A DNA stretch of 63,048 nucleotides, counting the filler, from Octopus bimaculoides (lineage: Eukaryota), in NCBI RefSeq assembly GCF_001194135.2. It is 6 parts of 5 records of this genome, joined end to end, with 100 filler letters (N's around TTAATTAATTAA, not from the genome) between each part and the next. Parts side by side here need not be neighbours in the genome. Positions count along the whole stretch, not along the records: positions 1 to 13,459 come from NC_069000.1; 5 more parts are not named here. One strand, written 5' to 3'. A program made the translations under genes and the position numbers. Below are positions 1-11,220 of this stretch, piece by piece (the first letter of the stretch is position 1; every line of letters begins with the position of its first letter). Below the pieces are notes generated by a model that saw only the letters and a program-made list of their open reading frames with translations, had not been told where the DNA came from and ran no database searches.

Positions 1-61
1 CCACCCGACTTTTAGTTCATGCAATTGAAAAAATCCGCACTATTTATGGGATGACCCAATA
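1..61. mobile_element. Mariner-type terminal inverted repeat (element end; the rest lies left of the window)
   Basis: Reverse complement reads TA-TTGGGTCATCCCATAAATAGTGCGGATTTTTT. This resembles the terminus TA-TAGGTTCATTCCATAAATAATACAGTTT of the mariner fossil at 9321. Confidence 0.5.
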
Positions 62-150
62 TAATATAATATAATATAATATAATATAATATAATATAAT
101 ATAATATAATATGATATGATATGATATTATATAATATAATATGATATAAT
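58..150. repeat. (AATAT)n pentanucleotide microsatellite
   Basis: Direct tandem array with a few ATGAT variants. Confidence 0.95.
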
Positions 151-501
151 ATATATACATATTATCTGGCAATATTTGGTCGATAACACTGATGAGGGAT
201 TGAGCTTGTCCACATCTATTATGCACACGCCGCTTATTCTTGTTCCAGAGTCGCAAGACGTAATTTTACTTTTCTTGCCGATTCATTTCGTCGTCATATA
301 TCATTTCCCCCATTTTCCTCATAATTCGTCTTTATTTGCCGTCAGTTCTAGAGACGTTACCTGTTCCTGTTATAGCATTTGTCAGATTTTTCTGTTCGTG
401 TTCGTCTTTCATGTCCGCACATTTCTACCCCTAGCAGCTTCTTTCCTGACATCGCCAAATTCTAGGTGTGGAAATTCATGTGTGTGTGTGTGTGTGCGTG
501 T

Positions 502-545
<44 letters not shown>

Positions 546-750
546 NNNNNNNNNNGGTTCAACATATTGTTGTATAACACTTCTATCAAAACTTCCCACG
601 TAAACTCTTTCACTGATCTGTTCTTTTCATTAAACCACATTTTTTGGTCATCTAAAACTCTAGTCCGCCTTGTATTTGGCGTTGTCGTTCTGGACTTTTA
701 TTCTCAGTTGTTTCGTTTTTTTTTTCTTTGTTATTATTACAGCTGTCAAG

Positions 751-875
751 ACGATGAGCTGGCAGAATCGTTTGCACGCCGAGAAAAATGCTTCGCAGCA
801 TTTCGTCCATCTTTACGTTCCGAGTTCAAATTCCGCCGAGGTCAGCTTTGTCTTTTATCCTTTCGAGTCACACAA
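751..875 (+). mobile_element. tRNA-derived SINE family A, diverged partial copy
   Basis: gagctggcagaatcgtt (A-box-like) ... gagttcaaattccgccgaggtc (B-box); aligns by eye to the near-intact copy at 44013. Confidence 0.85.
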
Positions 876-914
876 AATGCTAACCATTCGAAACCAAAAT
901 TCGAAACCATTTTT

Positions 915-1135
915 ACAGTTGTTGACCATAATGATGATGTTGCTGATGGTATTTCAGTTGTTGTTGTAGTTGGTGCTATTTTTGTTGTTGCTTTTATTGC
1001 ATTGGTGGTTCTTGTCCTCAGTGTTTTTTGTTATTTTTGTCATTGTTGTTATAACTGTTCTTGTTGTCGTCATTCTTGTTGGTGCTGTTGTTGTTGTTGT
1101 TGTTGTTATTGCTGTTGTTTCACCTTCAGTAATTG
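915..1135. repeat. Cryptic (GTT/GCT/ATT)n trinucleotide low-complexity tract
   Basis: Degenerate NTT/NCT triplet periodicity; explains the V/C-rich ORFs here. Confidence 0.85.
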
Positions 1136-1504
1136 TAAACATCAGTTAACAACCATCAACATCAAATTTATTTTGATAGCGACTGTTGAAAAGAACCCTG
1201 TTTTTACAACTGATGTCCGTTGAAAAACCCCGGATGTTGCTGATGACTGCTGAAGGGTCCCGGATGCTGTTGATGTGACACACGTCAGAATGCAACCTTC
1301 TTTTTACCCGCCATTTTAGCCTTATCTGAATTGATGTTGATGTTGCAAACATTTCCTTTCTCTCTCTGTCTTTAGATTTCAGTTTTTTGCGTGAGTTGAC
1401 TGTTGACATCCGGGTACTACTAATGGAGATCGGAAACCACTGTGACGTCAGTGTAACGTGATCAAAATCTTGGGATTGATGCAATACACCAACAAGTAAA
1501 AATT

Positions 1505-1725
1505 GACATTGATTATGGTGGTGGTGGTGGTGGTGGAGTGATGGTGGCTGCGCTGTGATCAGGGTAATAATCATGGTGTTAATTATGAAAGTTGCAATGA
1601 TGATAGAGTTAATGATCATGATGGTGATGATGACAATGTCGATGATGATGATAAAGAAAACGAAGACGACGGCAAAGATATTGACGGCGACGACGACGAC
1701 GATGACGACGATGGTGATGATTGTG
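1505..1725. repeat. Cryptic (GGT/GAT/GAC)n trinucleotide tract
   Basis: (GGT)n, (GAT)n and (GAC)n runs in one triplet phase. Confidence 0.85.
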
Positions 1726-1814
1726 TATTGGCAAGCAAAAATTGACAAATGTTCTTACTTCCAGCTTCCTAGAATTCACTTTAACATATTTGTTGGTAAT
1801 GTTTCGAATGAGTT

Positions 1815-2195
1815 TTAGAAAGAAGTGGAGAAATGATTAGAGAGAGAGGGGGGATGGTAGGAGAAGGAAAATATATTGTGGAAGGAGGATGACAATCGTA
1901 GTAGAATGAAAAATATCGGTATGAGGTGAGAAAGTGTTGTAGTATTAATAGTGAGGAGGTGGAGGGAGAGGAAGAGTTAGAGGATGAGGCAAGAGAGAGA
2001 AAAGGGTGAAGAAATGAACAAGAAAAGAAGAAAGAGGGGAAAGCAGAAAGAGGAGAAGAAAGAGGTAGAGGAAAAAGAAGAAAAGAAAAGAGAGAGAGGG
2101 GGATAAGGAATCGAGAAGACAATAGAGAAGTAAAGGAGGAGGAGGAGGAGATAGAAGAAAGTGGAGGAGGAAGAAGAAAAGAAAGGTAAGTAAAG
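1815..2195. repeat. Polypurine (GA-rich) low-complexity tract
   Basis: Almost exclusively A/G on the + strand. Confidence 0.85.
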
Positions 2196-2563
2196 CAATG
2201 ATGACCAGAAACTGGTATGTACGGACCAGTTTCTCTTTCTAAGTGAGTGCAGATGCATGTATGTATCTCTATTTATGTTCCTGTTTGTGTAGACCTGAAA
2301 TACCGCATCTGCACCATTAAATATGAATGCTCGCGCACAGATAGTTTCTACTGAATTTCTATTAGTAAGCCAAAGTTATATCAGGTGTGCTTCTCTTGTA
2401 GTACTCGATACTGATAATAGGCAAATAGGCAGAAATGCATTCATCGTTTTATAGAGAACACCCTGAAATGATTGTTGGTGTTTTAACACCGTTGCCTAAA
2501 TCGAGAATTTTCTCCACGGCAAACATATTTGAACTGATACAGCCACAAGCCAGTTTCCTTAAT

Positions 2564-2613
<50 letters not shown>

Positions 2614-3724
2614 GTGTACGTGCGTACATGTATGTATCTTGTATATGTGTGTTTCTTCTCGAACCTCTGTCGTGTGTCTATGTCCTGCATATTTTTTATT
2701 TAATTCCAGGTCAGCTCTTTTAGAGCAGATATATGACTGAAGATATTTCAGCAATAACCAATCTGTTTTATTCAGAAGGATAATGTCGTTAGGATGACAC
2801 AATTCAATGTAACCATCCTTTTCCAAGACAGCAAGTTTAATCGAGGAGGATTTAGCTGCTATTTCTAGCACGTGGTCCACCCACCTTGAAATTACCCTTC
2901 TTGGATTGAGCACGTTCGTGTGCATATATGTATACATGTATAAAATATGAGACAAAGAAAATGGAATTCACAGTCACTGTTGGGTCGAAACAATCATAAT
3001 GAATAATAAAGAGTCTCGTGACTTCCATTTTCTTTCTCTCATATTTTATAAACTCTATAGACAGGGAAGAGTTCCTGAAATAAATCCAGTGGCATTTATT
3101 TATACCCATACTGTAGATAACAGCCGAAAACAGTGAACGGGCTTTAAATGGTATATTACAAGGAGTAGACCCAAATTTAAGATGATTACTTATGTATATG
3201 TGTATGTCCCTGGCCGTGTGTCTGTGTGTATATGGATATGTAAGAGTGTCTGTGTCTGTGCGAGTATGTGTGCTCCTGAGCCTCTCTATATGTATGCGTG
3301 TGCATGTTTGTCTGCGTGTATGTGTTTCTTTATGTAATTTTTGTGTTTGGCTGCTGTGTCTGTGCGTGTTGAGCGAGAATTGGCGCCTGTCGTAATATTA
3401 TGATTTGAAGAGTGCTTGGTGACGTGCTGATACTGGGGACCTTTGATCTTCCGAGGAAGATAGACACAGATAGAGAGGGAGAGAGTGGGGGGGGGGCAGA
3501 GAGAAAAAGTGACATTGAGAAAAAGAGAGATAGAGAGTGAATGAATGAGAAATGCCGAGATACCGATAAGAAGAGACACAGACAAAGAGAGAGCTCGTGC
3601 ACACACACACACACACACACACACGTGTGTGAGTGTGTACATAAACGTGTATATATACATGTGTGTGTAGGTAAGAAAACGAGCGTATTCATCACGCTAT
3701 GTTGAGTTTATACTTGCTGGTAGC

Positions 3725-3725
<1 letters not shown>

Positions 3726-3815
<90 letters not shown>
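3726..3815. repeat. Compound (TATC)n(TGTC)n microsatellite
   Basis: Seen directly. Confidence 0.95.
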
Positions 3816-3817
<2 letters not shown>

Positions 3818-3848
3818 TTATAATACACACACACATACATATGTGTGA

Positions 3849-3901
<53 letters not shown>

Positions 3902-4277
3902 CACACACTTCTGAGTGTGTGTGTGTGTGTTTCATCAAAGCAGTCAGTCCAAGGCGTTTTACTTCTAGAAGACGTCGTTGAGATGTAAGGTCAAGCGTTT
4001 CATTGTCGTTTTGAACGCCAGCCACCACCAAAAGACTGAGAAAAGCTGATACTAATAAAGTCAAAGTACTTCAATGACTAAAAGGTCCAAATCTAAAAGT
4101 CGAGTCTCAGCGGTCTTTTGTTCGTAGTCCAAATCCTTCCCATCTCAAACTGCCAAAAACTTAGACATGTTATAGGCTACAAACTTTAACATACAGCATT
4201 ATGAGACTTTGATGAAATAATTACATTACTATTGGTCATTTAATCTGAGTCAAATTAGAGTATCTAATATCTGTTAT

Positions 4278-4706
4278 CTTTTACTTGTTTCAACCATTAG
4301 ACTGCGGCCATACTGGGGCATCGCCTTGAAGAACTTTTAGATGAATGTATCGTCCCCGGTACTTATTTTCTTTTTAAAATCAGGTACTTATTCTATCGAT
4401 CTCTTTTGCCGAATCGCTAGTTTATGGGGACGTAAACACACGAGCACCGGTTGTCAAGCAGTGATGCGAGGATGGGGCAAACACAGACGCAAAGACACGC
4501 ACACACACACACACATATATATACATACATGCATACATATATACGACGGGCTTCTTTCAGTTTCCGTCTACCAAATCCATTCACAAAGCTTTGGTCGGCC
4601 TGAGGCTATAGTAGAAGACACTTGCCCAAGGTGTCACGTTGCGGGACTGAACCCGGAACCACGTTGCTGGGAAGCAAGCTTCTTACTACACAGCCACGCT
4701 TGCGCT
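4278..4706 (-). mobile_element. tRNA-derived SINE family B, full-length, with internal (CA/TA)n
   Basis: Minus strand has a GGCGCAGG-type head with A/B-box-like motifs, a body ending GAAAGAAGCCCGTCGTATA, a central microsatellite and the tail ...GACTGAAACAAGTAAAAG shared with about 10 other copies in the window. Confidence 0.9.
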
Positions 4707-4802
4707 TATAATAATGTAAATAAATATAACAATTAGAGCCTTTATACATTGGAAGCTATGGACAGTTATGGAATACCTATGAAAAATGGGGATACAAACA
4801 CA

Positions 4803-4960
4803 TTATCATCATCATCATTGTCCGGCCGGACAACTTGCTCGCAGCAATGCAACTCTTCCACGCCAGATGTCTCGATCGAGCGCCATGGCTTGAACATCTG
4901 TCTTGTGTTTTAGTTACATTGGTCTTTCGCTATCTGAAATATCTCATCCATGCACACCAC
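4803..4960 (-). mobile_element. RTE-type LINE extreme 3' end with (TGA)n tail
   Basis: Minus frame DVQAMALDRDIWRGRVALLRASCPAGQ* followed by TGA repeats; matches the RTE C-terminal 'A.DR..WR' pattern. Confidence 0.6.
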
Positions 4961-5647
4961 GTCTACAAGTGATAACAGATGTTCGCTAACTGAACTGGTT
5001 GGTCCTGGCCACTCAGCATTTAGAGACATTCACCACTGATTCAGTATGTTCATTTGCTGAAATAGTTCACATCTATGCTGTATCCTATGATTTCAACATA
5101 ACCTAGCTTGGGTAGTGGTCACACGATATTTAGCTCATAGCTGGGACCCTATTAGAGTAGATCTGGGAACTATAGTGGCTAAGGGATGGTTCCATACTCC
5201 TCAACACCCTGGACAAAGTGATCGTGCATATTCCTGGACACGGCGATCCACACCACCAAGAATTATTTATTTGTTTTTCTAATCAGCGTATCTTGCAAAG
5301 GACAACTTAGTTCAAGCTAAAATGAAGAAATTATTCCAAAAGAAAGGTTTGAAATGTAGATAACCAGAATCAGGGTGACAGAAAATAAACAGTCTCCATG
5401 GTAATAGTTGTCTAGGAAATGATAAGAAAAATGCAGATGACTACATAGCCAAAATCTCTAGACTCACGCACATTGCATGCATAAAAATAGCACTTTTAGG
5501 AACAAGACTTTCAATAAATATGGAAAGCAGAATCAAAACACTGCAATCAGTCGTGCAGAAAAGGCAAGAAATACTTTTGAAATAAAACAATGCCGTGGCA
5601 AGGATTTTCAGCAGATTCTTTTCGCACAACCACCTTAATAATAATCC

Positions 5648-5762
5648 TTTCTGCTATTGGCTCAAGTCCTGAAATTTTGAGTAGAGGGGGAAAGGGGAAA
5701 GTCGACTACATCGATCCTAGTACTTGACTGGTACTTAATTTATTGACCCCGAAAGGATGAAA
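5648..5762 (-). mobile_element. SINE family A (short-tail variant), 3' fragment
   Basis: ctggtacttaatttattgaccccgaaaggatgaaa is the reverse complement of the family A body. Confidence 0.8.
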
Positions 5763-6262
5763 TCGTGTGAGCAGATTTTTGAGGCTTTTGCACCCCACCT
5801 CTCCTATCAGATACTTCCACGCAATCGAAACGTCCATCTAAGACAGCGTTCCAATCCTCTACTAATACTAAAGTTCGAGACGTTTCGAGGAAAACCTCCA
5901 GACGCTTGAAGTAATTAGACCATCCTGCCCCTGTCGGAGCATAGGCAGCTACCAGTCTGAAAGCATCACCGTCACTGCTGTTCAGATCTAGGACCACCAA
6001 CTTACCTTCTGAATCCAGGAAGACTGCCTTTATTTTCAAATCCAGGCCCTTCCGGAAAAGCACCACAGTACCACCACCGCCCACTCCCGACCGACACGGA
6101 GATAGAAAAATTTCGTATCCGCCGAAAAAGGTGATGAGGTCTCATGGGTTGGATAGTCTAGATTCACTAATGGCTGCAACATCTACACTAAGGGACTTCA
6201 GGTCATTTCTAAGGCGATGCGAGGCCCCTGACATTTATACAACCTATTCTGAGCATCCCCAT
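5762..6262 (-). mobile_element. Tx1/L1-like LINE ORF2 N-terminal AP-like endonuclease fragment (decayed)
   Basis: Minus translation with frameshifts and stops: MGMLRIGCINVRGL...DVAAISESRL...GGGGTVVLFRKGLDL...DSEGKLVVLDL...FRLVAAYAP...LVLVEDWNAVLD. These are the EEP motifs NVRGL, QE(T), YAP and GDFN. Confidence 0.8.
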
Positions 6263-7018
6263 GGTAAAATAAATTTAGGATGAAAGTGTTATCATGTACA
6301 TTGTTTTGTCTTGGTATAAAAGATGGGCTACAGCAATTATTCTGCTCGATAACACAGATTTGCTTGTCCCTTGTTTGACCTGAACCAGCTGAACAAGTCC
6401 CTTAATGGCTGACGATATGTGCATCTCTGATCATGAGCAGAAGTAGTGAGGGAGCATCATAGCCATGTGTTGAGAGGAATTATATGGGGTTTGAATAATT
6501 CACCTTTGGAAACAAGGGTGTTTTGTTTATCATCATTAAACAACCTTTATTCAGAGACCTTTTGAGCGGGATGGGATACTCGACCTGAAGAAAATTCTAA
6601 CTGGGCCCCACCTGCGAGGTCATGCGCTGTTAATCTTAGTATGAGATCATTATGTCGCGCACATATGGTTGGGATGCATGTGCCGGGTAGTCATGATGGG
6701 TGTATTGGGCTTCGTATAATTTAGCCCAGTGTCAATTTGATGGCATGCATTGCTCTCTCACTCAATAATAACAATAATAATAACAACAACAATGACGACG
6801 ACTGTGATGATGAGGATGAAGAGAGTAATATAATGATGGTGACGATGATGATGATGATGGTTGTATATTTTGTCACAAGTATGTCGTCAGCTAAGCGAGA
6901 CTCTACAAAGACTGGTTACAATTTGTGTCTACTCTAGCAATTCACCCGTTTTCTTACCAGGACTGTCGCCAAACTTTAGTGCCTGGTGGTACTTTAGAAC
7001 ATTCTGAGTGGGCACTAA

Positions 7019-7058
7019 TCTCCTAATATAATGATGAGCGTAGTGTTTTTATATATTC

Positions 7059-7094
<36 letters not shown>

Positions 7095-7558
7095 TTGTAT
7101 ATATAAATTTGTTCAAAATCACGCAGGAGATAGTAGAAGAAAGGGTAGTATAAGTGAAGGGAGAAGAGAGAAAATAGTAATTCAGTGAAGGAGAAGTAGT
7201 GTGAGTAATAGTCATGACTGAGAGAGAGAGAGAGAGAGAGTGAGAGAAAGTAATAGCAATGAAAGAGAGGAAGTGGCAAAGAGCGTGTCGTGTATCTTCT
7301 ACTATAATAATACTCGTGTGTTTTTCTCCGCCACAACATATGAACGAGAAAGGAAGGGTTGAAAGGTGAATATCGAAGGAAGGGGTGAAAAACATCAACG
7401 TTTCAACTCTGTGTGAGTAAATGTATGCATGTGTGCGCATGTACAAGGGAAGTATTTGAATGTTTGTATCTATGAATACTTTGTACCTTATTTTGTACCT
7501 TATTTATATATAAAATACTACAAATAGCCGTCAGTTTTGACGGCACGGGGTCAGCTAG
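7019..7558 (+). mobile_element. Non-autonomous Helitron, complete ends
   Basis: 5' A|TCTCCTAATATAAT; 3' hairpin GCCGTCA-GTTT-TGACGGC (7527-7544), 10-nt spacer, then CTAG|T (7555-7559). Inserted between A and T with no TSD. Confidence 0.75.
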
Positions 7559-8059
7559 TTTGTAATAATGTTAAAGTGGAGTTTCGAAATACGTGTATCA
7601 CTGTAGATCTGAGAGTACACCATTGAAATATGAAGGGGAAATGCTGCCCAGTGCACCCCCTTAGCGACCATGGCACACGAGTCATTGAAGGAATCTTTAT
7701 GGGGTTGCTCAATTTGCGAGAAATTACACCCAATTCACGCTGAAATCATATACTCTGCTACTTTAACAAAATCGTAAAGATATACTTGATAATTTAGTCT
7801 TTGATAGGGTGTCTAAAAAAATGGGGTGGCCTGAATGGAATATTTTTGATCATAGGCCTGTAGGTTCAAGGTAGGTGAGGGCCTAAATAAAAGTACCATA
7901 GGAACCAAGGCACACGTGTTTGGGGGTTGGAGTATTACGGATTTACTCAGCCTCAGAACTTGACTGGTATAATTTTTTATCGATTAGCAATGGATGAAAA
8001 GGAAACTCATCAGGATTTGACTGAAAACATAAACGTAAAAACACGACAAAGTTTTCTAC

Positions 8060-8660
8060 ATTCGTAACAAAAGAAAAAGGGAGAGAGAGAAAAATGGCTG
8101 AAGATAAAGAAAGGGAAGCTTGAGGGAAACTAAAAAGAAAAACATAGGAATGAAGGAGAGGGACACATAAATAAAAGAAGGAAATGGAAGACAGGAATCA
8201 TGGAAGCAAAAGAAAGCAAGGGAAAGACTGAGAGATGACGGGATAAGAGGACAGACGTAAAGACGAAGTAGTAAAAGGTTGGTGTGTGAAGAAGTGAAAT
8301 GAAAGGGGGAAGATAGAAGAGGAGGAGGAGGAGGAGGCACAATGCTTAAGAGTGAAGACAGGGATGAAGGACGAGTGAAACAGCGTAGAAAAGACAGACG
8401 ATGGGTGAGAAGGTAGTAAAGGGAAGAAGAGCTTGAGGGTGGGAAATATAGAGAGGGGCAGTGAAAGAGAACAAATGGGGAGTAAGAGCTTGCGGGAGAA
8501 AAAGAGGAAGAAGGGATAGAGAGGGGAAGAGTGAGAAAGGAAGAGAGAGAAAGGGAGAGAAACAGGCAAATAGACAGACGGAGAGTGAGAAGAGGGGGTG
8601 AAGAAGCAAAATGATGCAAACGTGACGAGGAAGAGAAACAATATCCGTGACGAAAAAGAA
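8060..8660. repeat. Polypurine (GA-rich) low-complexity tract
   Basis: A/G-dominated + strand; source of the F/L/S-rich minus-strand ORFs. Confidence 0.85.
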
Positions 8661-9176
8661 ACACACACATGTATATATACTAACAAAAGAAGATAACAAT
8701 GATACAACATAAACAAACACCAATGACACCAGCAAACAACTATAGCAAAAATAAAAGAACAAAAACAAAAACACGCCACCCACCCCATACATATATAAAT
8801 AAAAGAAAACAAAATGGTGGAAATCGTTTTTGCTGTCTTTTATATAATTTCATGAGTAATTAGCGTTGTGAAATAAAGTTGCTGGGAGGTGACACAGTTG
8901 AAGTAGAGAGCTTTTAATAAAGTATCGTACGACCAATTAACTTATTTACATTATACCGCATTCATATGTGCATGCATGCATGTATACTTACGTACACAAA
9001 ACATGTACACATGTATGTATGTATGTATGTATGTATGTATGTATGTGTAAATACATGTACTCAACTTTACTATATATATATATTTACACATGTTGTAAAT
9101 ATATATATGTATAGATATATATCATTTAAGATTATAGCTATACATACATGCATATGTACATATATGCATATGTATG

Positions 9177-9226
<50 letters not shown>

Positions 9227-9268
9227 TCCATATACATATGTATATATGTGTGTGTGTATATGCATATA

Positions 9269-9320
<52 letters not shown>

Positions 9321-9322
<2 letters not shown>

Positions 9323-9960
9323 GGTTCATTCCATAAATAATACAGTTTCTTAATACTTCTTTTATTTTTGAAAATTAAGATAAACAAAGTTCTTTTCTAA
9401 TCTAAAATATACTCTCCTTCATTTTCTTCAATACTCTTCCATCTATCTGGTAGACTTGCAAGGCCCCTCCTCCAAAATTCACTTGTCTCTGACGAAAAAT
9501 GCTCCCCCAGTACTGTTCTGACCTCGTCTACAGAATTCATATTTTTCCCGTCCAAATGATTTTAAAGACTGCGGAATAAATGATAATCAGATGGGACAAT
9601 ATCCGGCAAATATAGTGGGTGGGGCACCGTTTCCCATTCAAACTACTCCAACCTTTGGAATATCATCCTCGCTGTATGTGGCCAAGCATTATCCAGATGG
9701 AAGAACACCTTTCATCTTGAAACCAAAGATGGTCGTCTTTCTTCTAGTGCTGACTTAAGCAGTAGATCTCCTTTGTTATTGTTTGGTTTGGGTTTAAAAG
9801 TTCGGAGTGAACTAAATCTTTTATATCCCACCAAACAGATAACAGCACCTCATGTGGGTGAAGACCTTTAACTTGGGTTGCCGGACTTTCTCCTTTTTCT
9901 ACACAAACGAGAAAGTGAGTATTTAACGGCAGAGTGTTTTAATAAAGCGCCATCTCTTCG
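9321..9960 (-). mobile_element. Mariner (DD34D) transposase 3' half plus terminal repeat, decayed
   Basis: Minus translation: LHPHEVLLSVWWD...HLDNAWPHTA...VPHPLYLPDIVPSDYHLFRSL*NHLDGK...GLASLPDRWKSIEENEGEYILD* (stop 9397-9399). TIR-like end with TA at about 9321. Confidence 0.9.
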
Positions 9961-10454
9961 ATTTTATGCAAATACATGCATTCATCTAAATATACTTACA
10001 TACATAGTTACATAGATTCTTAGAAGGAAGTTCGAAAGGGAACTACATGTACTTCACTACCAATGGGTCACATGATAGTTGACCCACCTCTGCGATCCTG
10101 ACATGTGTTACTCATCCAGGTCAGAGTAGACCTACCAACAAGAACGGCTAAGTGGTGGTTCCACATTCCTCAAACACAGGAACTCCCGAACCAGGAACCC
10201 CGTACGGGACGCAATTTAAAGTGATACACAGGATATGCATACATACATAAATACATACATATATTGGGAACTTGAAGAGAGAATACAAATCCATAATTCA
10301 TATGTTCCAAATGATCACGATATCTGGGACTATAAAAATCTGCAATACTTCTTCAAATTAAAAGTATGATGAACAAAAGATGCTTTCCTTCAAGACATTA
10401 CTACCAAGTGGGTGGCCGGTTAAAATTCATTCTAAAATTAAAAGTAGAAAGAGA

Positions 10455-11220
10455 ACATACATACATACATACATACATACATACATACATACAATCATAT
10501 ATGATGGTTGCCAACTCGATTTCGAGTAGAGCCATTGCCTGGTTTCTTTATGCCCCAGAATAGCATCGATGAGCTGCACGAATATGACTTTTGGGGCCTG
10601 CCAAAGACTTGCATGCTTTTTGACAATTAATGCAAGAAAACTTGGTGATTGTTTAGTTTACAGCTCCATGAACTTTGCTATGCCTTTTCAAGCCACTTTT
10701 TGACCTGCCTACTTCATGACAGAGTATGCATTCGAAATCATCTGTCCATCCATAATCAACGTGCAGTTGTGCAATGTGTGATTTCATATGGCTCTTTAGC
10801 CCAGCCTTACTAAGACAAATCTTTCCACATTCATCACATGTAAAATTATTGTGTTCATTAAAGCTTGTTAGAACATCATTCCTGTCACTTTTCGCATCTT
10901 TCTTTTGATCTTTGTGTGATCCATTCTCTTCCTATGAAATTCGTTTTTGCCTTCATACACAACTTTTTTCCATTTTTCACGGCAATGTGCTAAATCTTCC
11001 CATTAATTGGCATTTATCTTATTCCATCCCGACTTCAGACTATATTTGTACCTCATCTTTGGTTTGTAGGACGGACGCTTACCTGTCATCAATTCTCCGT
11101 AAAAAAGTTGTTTAGGCTTTCTGTTGTCTGTCATTCTGGCTAAGTGTCCACTCTATCTCAATCTGTACTACAATAGTAAAGCTTCAATACTGAAGCATTT
11201 CCCTCTTTCAAATGACTCCC
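10455..11220 (-). mobile_element. RTE-clade LINE 3' fragment with three C-terminal C2H2 zinc fingers (decayed)
   Basis: SIEALLL*YRLR*SGHLARMTDNRKPKQLFYGELMTGKRPSYKPKMRYK (RTE signature), then FTCDECGKICLSKAGLKSHMKSH, FECILCHEVGRSKSGLKRHSKVH and FSCINCQKACKSLAGPKSHIRAAH. Stop 10548-10550; (TATG)n tail. Confidence 0.85.

Noticed and set aside
468-1223. 251-aa ORF with TM-like and Cys-rich stretches
   Set aside because: It is made of (GT)n, a SINE and a cryptic GTT/GCT repeat.
1146-1470. 108-codon minus-strand frame with a vaguely C2-domain-like QWFPI...IQIRLKW pattern and three short internal repeats
   Set aside because: A rough estimate gives several ORFs of this length by chance in the window; the motif match is too loose and conflicts with the promoter-like reading.
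2470-2550. FAVEKILD resembling a chromodomain start (minus strand)
   Set aside because: The downstream YLVKW-type motif is absent.
3973-4068. Signal-peptide-like TLLVSAFLSLLVVAGVQNDNETL (minus strand)
   Set aside because: There is no ATG, an in-frame stop lies just upstream, and the best nearby acceptor gives a different frame that terminates.
10569-10844. Host C2H2 zinc-finger gene exon
   Set aside because: The fingers follow directly on RTE ORF motifs, lack TGEKP linkers, contain a stop, and are followed by a LINE-like tail.
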